A stretch of DNA of 64,000 nt from a bacterium (GTDB lineage Bacteria > UBA8248). The position numbers and the translations under genes are program-made. The stretch spans positions 2,624,001-2,688,000 of the forward strand of contig OZ253442.1 of NCBI GenBank assembly GCA_965261085.1. The letters run 5' to 3'. Under the pieces are notes generated by a model. That model made no database searches. It was not told the origin of the DNA and saw nothing but the letters and a program-made list of their open reading frames with translations. This document shows, piece by piece, positions 59,112 to 64,000 of this stretch (within the stretch, counting starts at the first letter, position 1; every line of letters starts with the position of its first letter).

Positions 59112-60533
59112 TTAGCGTCGAAACCCGTGGAAGACGGTAAAGAAAGTCCGCTCGCCACGGTCCGTCCCGCGCACGACCTGCCCCAGGACGTTCGCGCCCG
59201 CGGGAATTTTTTTCAGCAATGCTTCGACGTCTTCGATTTTTTTGACCACGACGTGGATGGGCGTTTTCTCGTTGCCGGGCAAACGATAGGTCAGTCCGCG
59301 TATCACCATGCCCGCGCGCAAACCGTCGAAATATGCTCTACTGCCTTCTTTCACGTCGCTTATATATACGCCGCCGCCCGTTTGTAATTTGCTTTTATCC
59401 CTTAACTCAGCGGTGAGATTTGCCAGCGCCACGCCGTAACTTTTCTTGTTCTCGGGTTCATCGGTTTCGCTGTTCCCTGCCGGCATACCTGTCGTTTCCT
59501 GCTCGGGCAGACGGACCAGATTGACCGTGAATTTTCTCATCCGGGCGTCGCGCATCACCTCCACGGCTACGGCCTCTCCCGGCGGCGTCCAGCCCACGAG
59601 CCGCTGAAGGTGGGACGTATCCACCACGCTCGCGCCGCCGAGGCGGACGATGACGTCTCCCATCCGGATGCCCGCTCCCTCCGCCGGCCCGTCTTTCAGC
59701 AATGAACCCACGAGCGCGCCTTTCGCTTTAGGGAGTCCCAGCAGATAGGCTATATCCCGGCTGACAGGCTGTATGGTCACGCCCAGATAACCGCGCGGGA
59801 AATTCCCGCTTCTTCTTAAGTATTTGACGACGTCTTTCGCCATGTTAACGGGAATGGCGAATCCGATGCCGCTGCCGGGGGCCGGAATCGCCGTATTGAT
59901 GCCGATGACCTCGCCGTCGATGTTCACCAAAGGCCCGCCGCTGTTGCCGCGATTGATGGCGGCGTCCGTCTGGATGAAATGCTCATAGCGCGCGATGCCG
60001 ACCCCGCTGCGCCCGATGCCGCTCACGACGCCCACCGTGAACGTTCTGGCAATACCGAAAGGATCGCCCACGGCTATCGACCACTGGCCTACCTTCACCT
60101 TGTCGGAATCTCCGAGAGTCGCCGCAGGCAGCGGATAATTCGCATTGATTTTAACGAGCGCCAGGTCCGTATAGCGATCCGTGCCGACGACTTTCCCCCA
60201 GTATTCGGACTCATCCGAAAGGCGCACGCGCAGTCTTCGCGCATTACTGATCACGTGATTGTTCGTCAGAATATATCCCGCCGGGTCGATGATGACGCCT
60301 GAACCCGACGAAAACTGCGGCATATTCGGGTGGGGTGACCGGGGTTTCTGCTGCGCTGTCCTTTTTTTTCTCTCCACCCGTATGCTCACCACCGTCGGCT
60401 TTACGCCTTTCGCTATCGCGGTGAACGCCCTCTCGATTTTTTTCATAAAATCGATGTCCGGGTTCGCGTGCGCAGGCGCAACGTGAACCATGAACAATAT
60501 CAAGAGCATCGACAGGGTGAAGCGATGAATCAT
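59112..60533 (-). CDS. HtrA/DegP-family periplasmic serine protease
   Basis: GSGVII, TNNHV, DLAL, INRGNSGGPL, two PDZ domains. Confidence 0.95.
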   Translation of the reverse strand: MIHRFTLSMLLILFMVHVAPAHANPDIDFMKKIERAFTAIAKGVKPTVVSIRVERKKRTAQQKPRSPHPNMPQFSSGSGVIIDPAGYILTNNHVISNARRLRVRLSDESEYWGKVVGTDRYTDLALVKINANYPLPAATLGDSDKVKVGQWSIAVGDPFGIARTFTVGVVSGIGRSGVGIARYEHFIQTDAAINRGNSGGPLVNIDGEVIGINTAIPAPGSGIGFAIPVNMAKDVVKYLRRSGNFPRGYLGVTIQPVSRDIAYLLGLPKAKGALVGSLLKDGPAEGAGIRMGDVIVRLGGASVVDTSHLQRLVGWTPPGEAVAVEVMRDARMRKFTVNLVRLPEQETTGMPAGNSETDEPENKKSYGVALANLTAELRDKSKLQTGGGVYISDVKEGSRAYFDGLRAGMVIRGLTYRLPGNEKTPIHVVVKKIEDVEALLKKIPAGANVLGQVVRGTDRGERTFFTVFHGFRR

Positions 60534-60668
60534 GGAACCCTCGTTTTCTCGTTTCGCCGACGGTATTTTTCCTGACGATTATACAGCGATACCGGGTCTT
60601 GGGAAGCGCGGGGAGATAAAATACTTTCCCCTTTCGGCGGAATTATCGGCGCTCCCATCGCTAAAGGG

Positions 60669-61127
60669 CTACTTGACCTCGAGTATCACTTCAAGCTCCA
60701 CGGGCGCTCCGAGGGGAAGTTCCGCCACCCCCACCGCCACCCTGGCGTGTTTGCCCTGGTCCCCGAAAATATCGACGGCCAGATTGGACGCCCCGTTCAC
60801 GACGAGCGGTTGATCCGTGAAATCGGCCGCAACGGCAACGTAACCCGTCATGCGGACGATTCTCTCCACTTGATCCAGATCGCCCAAGGCGGCTTTCGCC
60901 TGTGCGATGGCGTTCAAAAAACACAACGCGGCGCATTCCTGCCCCTGCTCGACGGTGACGTCGAGCGGAACTTTTCCCTCATGAATCATCGCGCCGTCTC
61001 GGATTGGAACCTGGCCCGAGATGAACATCAAGGACCCGGAGATGACGTACGGGACGTACGCCCCGACGGGTGCGGGCGCACGGGGCAACTCGATTCCCAG
61101 CTCATTCATTCGATCGGCGATGCTCAT
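60669..61127 (-). CDS. RidA/YjgF family protein
   Basis: GAYVP, SGQVP, NGAS.L..IFG..GKHAR.AVG...LP. Confidence 0.92.
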   Translation of the reverse strand: MSIADRMNELGIELPRAPAPVGAYVPYVISGSLMFISGQVPIRDGAMIHEGKVPLDVTVEQGQECAALCFLNAIAQAKAALGDLDQVERIVRMTGYVAVAADFTDQPLVVNGASNLAVDIFGDQGKHARVAVGVAELPLGAPVELEVILEVK

Positions 61128-61747
61128 TCAGGCTCTCCCCTCATAGAGATGGTTTTTATTTTCTCGAATTCTTCGGGCGTGTTCGCGTTCAGGAAAGACG
61201 TCCCCTCGGGATCCCACGCCCTCCAGGCCGACTCTTCCACCTTCCGGACGCGCACTTGCTCGTGAAACCCTATCATCTTCAGGCGGCCTCTCGAAATGGA
61301 ACTCTCGATATGAGGCGCGCATTTTTTTCCGTAGAACGCGCAAAGCGGTTCAGGGTAGTCGTTCTTAATGGGGACGACCACGTCCCAATCATCCACCAGA
61401 CCAGCGAGGCCGTATATGAGAGCGGGCTGCAGCAGCGGCATGTCGCACCCCACCACGAAAACGTGCGAGCCCGCCGCGCTCGAAACGGCCGTATGGAGGC
61501 CGCCCAGCGAGTCGTTGCCGGGATGAATATCCCCCACCACGGCGAGACCCATGCGCTCATATTCTTTTTTCTCGTTCGCTACGACGAAAATTTCTGTGAA
61601 TATCTCATCCAGGGTATCCGCGATGCGCCTGATGACGGGAACCTCACCTATCGCCAGCATGGATTTGTCCCGGCCCATCCGGCGGCTTTGTCCTCCGGCC
61701 AGAATGGCGGCGGAATACGGCAATCTGGCCGTTGCATCGGGGTTCAT
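61124..61747 (-). CDS. mobA: Molybdenum cofactor guanylyltransferase
   Basis: ILAGGQSRRMGRDK, CDMP, EPLCAFY, NANTPEE. Confidence 0.93.
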   Translation of the reverse strand: MNPDATARLPYSAAILAGGQSRRMGRDKSMLAIGEVPVIRRIADTLDEIFTEIFVVANEKKEYERMGLAVVGDIHPGNDSLGGLHTAVSSAAGSHVFVVGCDMPLLQPALIYGLAGLVDDWDVVVPIKNDYPEPLCAFYGKKCAPHIESSISRGRLKMIGFHEQVRVRKVEESAWRAWDPEGTSFLNANTPEEFEKIKTISMRGEPE

Positions 61748-61790
61748 GCAGGGCGCTCCCAAGGGAGTCGACGTTGTGGAAGCAATTGAT

Positions 61791-63059
61791 TCAGGAATGC
61801 ACGCCTTCGAGGGAGGCCGCCTCTAAGTGTTCGGGTTTTTCAGAGGGCGTCTTCCCCAGCAAGATGACCTGCACGCGGCTCCCGGCGGCGAGCTCGGTTT
61901 CATACTCGGGGAATACGACCAGCCCGTTCGCCCGTACCATGGAATGCAAGATGTTCGACCCCTGCGCTTCGATCGCCCGGACGGCCCATTCTCCCCCGTC
62001 GCGGTAGACGATGGAGCGAACATAGTGGCGACGCTCGGGTGATTTCGTGAGCGGGTGTAAGAGGCGCGCTTCCACCATCGTGCGGAACAGGTTCTCATGG
62101 CCCTGCATTTTCAACAGCGAGGGCCGCACGAACAACTCGAAGCTGACCATGGTGGAAACGGGATTCCCCGGCAGGCCGAACACGGGCTTTCCGTTCAATA
62201 CGCCAAAGGCCATCGGCTTGCCCGGCTTCATTCTCACCCGCCAGAAGCGCATGTCGTTGCCCAGCCCGCCCAGCGTGGATTTCACCAGATCGAAATCGCC
62301 CACCGACACGCCGCCGCTCGTTATCAGCAGATCGGCGGCCAGCCCGTCGTTGATGTGGCGCGTGAGGTCTTCGGCGTTATCGCGGGCGATGCCCAGCAGA
62401 ACGGGTTCACCGCCGGCCTCGAGCACCTGAGCTGCGAGGGCGTAGGAATTGGAGTTGAATATCTGCCCCACGTCGGGCGTATCGCCCAGATCGACCAGTT
62501 CTTCTCCCGTCGCCAGGATGGCCACTTTTGGTTTTTGATGCACGTACACTCTCGCCCTGCCGATGTTCGCCAACATGCCGAGCGAAGCCGGACCCAGTCG
62601 GGCCCCTTGCGCAAGAACGGTTTCGCCCGGCTTCACGTCCTCACCCGCCAGGCGGACCGCTTCTCCTTCGCGCACGGCGAGGAAAATATGGACCTCATCC
62701 TCGGAGATTCTCTCGGTCTCCTCGACGAGCAAGACGGCGTCCGCCCCGTCGGGAATGGGCGCGCCCGTCATGATCTTGATGGCCTCTCCCGGGCCGAGCG
62801 TGCGCGTCGCCATCACGCCGGCCTGAATTTCCTCGATCACCCGCAAGCTCCTGGGGGATTCGCGCGTCGCGCCGCGCACGTCTTCCGCGCGCAGGGCGTA
62901 GCCGTCCATCGCCGAGTTGTTCCAGGGCGGAACGGGCCGCGACGAGTGGACGTCCTCCGCCAGCACCCTGCCCAGAGAATTCAGCAGTCCCGCTCTTTCG
63001 CGCCCCATCGGGCGAATCATCTCCAGTATCGATTTCTGAGCGTCTTCCACACTGATCAT
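61791..63059 (-). CDS. moeA: Molybdopterin molybdenumtransferase
   Basis: SAMDGYA, IMTGAPIP, TGEEL, TSGGVSVGDFD, MKPGKP, GLPGNPVS. Confidence 0.96.
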   Translation of the reverse strand: MISVEDAQKSILEMIRPMGRERAGLLNSLGRVLAEDVHSSRPVPPWNNSAMDGYALRAEDVRGATRESPRSLRVIEEIQAGVMATRTLGPGEAIKIMTGAPIPDGADAVLLVEETERISEDEVHIFLAVREGEAVRLAGEDVKPGETVLAQGARLGPASLGMLANIGRARVYVHQKPKVAILATGEELVDLGDTPDVGQIFNSNSYALAAQVLEAGGEPVLLGIARDNAEDLTRHINDGLAADLLITSGGVSVGDFDLVKSTLGGLGNDMRFWRVRMKPGKPMAFGVLNGKPVFGLPGNPVSTMVSFELFVRPSLLKMQGHENLFRTMVEARLLHPLTKSPERRHYVRSIVYRDGGEWAVRAIEAQGSNILHSMVRANGLVVFPEYETELAAGSRVQVILLGKTPSEKPEHLEAASLEGVHS

Positions 63060-63209
63060 CAACCACTCCAGGGAATAGCCATGAAGATTCAAAGTCCCGC
63101 CATCCGGGATGCGCTATTATAACCGACGCCGGTGAGGGAACAAGCCGAAGGCGCTTCAGTATGAGCGCCTGCATTTGCGAATTTCAGGCGTTTTCATTAG
63201 AAATGCCCT

Positions 63210-63653
63210 ATGCCCAAAGAAGAATACAACTATAAAAGTGAAATCCGCGTGCGCTTCGGGGAAACCGACCTCCAGGGAGTGGTGTTCAACGCCAACTACC
63301 TCCTCTACGTCGATACCGCCCAGATGGACTACCTGCGCACCATCGGCGTCTCATATCAGGACATGCTTGAGCGGGGGTATGACATCGTCATCGTGGACGC
63401 CTCGGTTCAGTTTCTGGCGCCTGCGCATTTCGATGAAGTCCTGGAAGTCTACGCGCGCATTTACGAAATCGGGAACTCGAGCATCAAGATGGATTATGAG
63501 ATCTACGAGGCGGAATCGGAGCGCTTCGTCGCCAGGGCGCAGACGGCCTATGTCATCATCGGGAAAGAAGCGCAAACATCCGTCCGGGTGCCTCCCTATA
63601 TTCGCCGCGCCGTCAGGGAGTTCGAATCGAGAGAAGACATTGCAGAAACTTAA
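63210..63653 (+). CDS. Acyl-CoA thioesterase (YbgC/4HBT family)
   Basis: VRFGETDLQGVVFNANY, PAHFDE, GNSS. Confidence 0.9.
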   Translation: MPKEEYNYKSEIRVRFGETDLQGVVFNANYLLYVDTAQMDYLRTIGVSYQDMLERGYDIVIVDASVQFLAPAHFDEVLEVYARIYEIGNSSIKMDYEIYEAESERFVARAQTAYVIIGKEAQTSVRVPPYIRRAVREFESREDIAET

Positions 63654-63912
63654 ACGTAATCGTTTTTCCGCTTCATGCGGAGATGATAATGCAATTACCA
63701 CTATTTTACGGGCCGTAGTCGAAAATCGCGTCGTTGAGAAGCATGTTGCTTCGTGGTAAAATACACGGAATCATTGCCGCTATGAAAGAGTACTTTTTGA
63801 AACGTTCCGCCGTTGATAAGAGTAGTTAAATTGTTTTTTCAATCATCAACCGGTGATGGGATCGTTTTCGCTGTAGCAGGCACAGCATTCCGCAGCATAA
63901 AAAGGAGGGAAT

Positions 63913-64000
63913 ATGATGAAATCGCAGAAAGTTTCGAGATGCGCTATTCCGTTCCTCACCCTCGCGCTGACGTTATTCATCACGGTTGCGCTGGGGACCA
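63913..64000 (+). CDS. N-terminus of an exported protein (truncated by window end)
   Basis: AAGGAGG RBS; MMKSQKVSRCAIPFLTLALTLFITVALGT is signal-peptide-like. Confidence 0.6.
   Translation, partial: MMKSQKVSRCAIPFLTLALTLFITVALGT

Overview
A 64-kb segment of a mostly GC-rich bacterial chromosome. It carries housekeeping genes (rtcB, bioB, apt, surE-pcm, secA, lgt, moeA/mobA, a degP-like protease, three tRNAs), a Gld-type ABC/DUF4340 operon, a DtxR-linked Fe3+ ABC operon, two metY-like paralogues and many catabolic enzymes. Five things stand out. (1) A DUF3179 gene is split by an in-frame UGA in a W-U-P-L-C motif followed by a SECIS-like hairpin, making it a probable selenoprotein. (2) A near-perfect CIRCE (HrcA) operator sits in front of the Gld-type ABC operon rather than chaperone genes. 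(3) An accessory hotspot at 51.7-57.1 kb holds a 328-bp duplicated 3' end of a cyclase gene bracketing an integrase-less foreign islet, a MITE with a target-site duplication, GTAG-type REP hairpins, and a decayed IS1595 with an intact two-gene passenger module. (4) Phased TCGATAAAT arrays are shared by two AT-rich intergenic islets 26 kb apart. (5) A terminator-like leader lies upstream of one metY. All assignments come from motif recognition by eye; no database searches were run.
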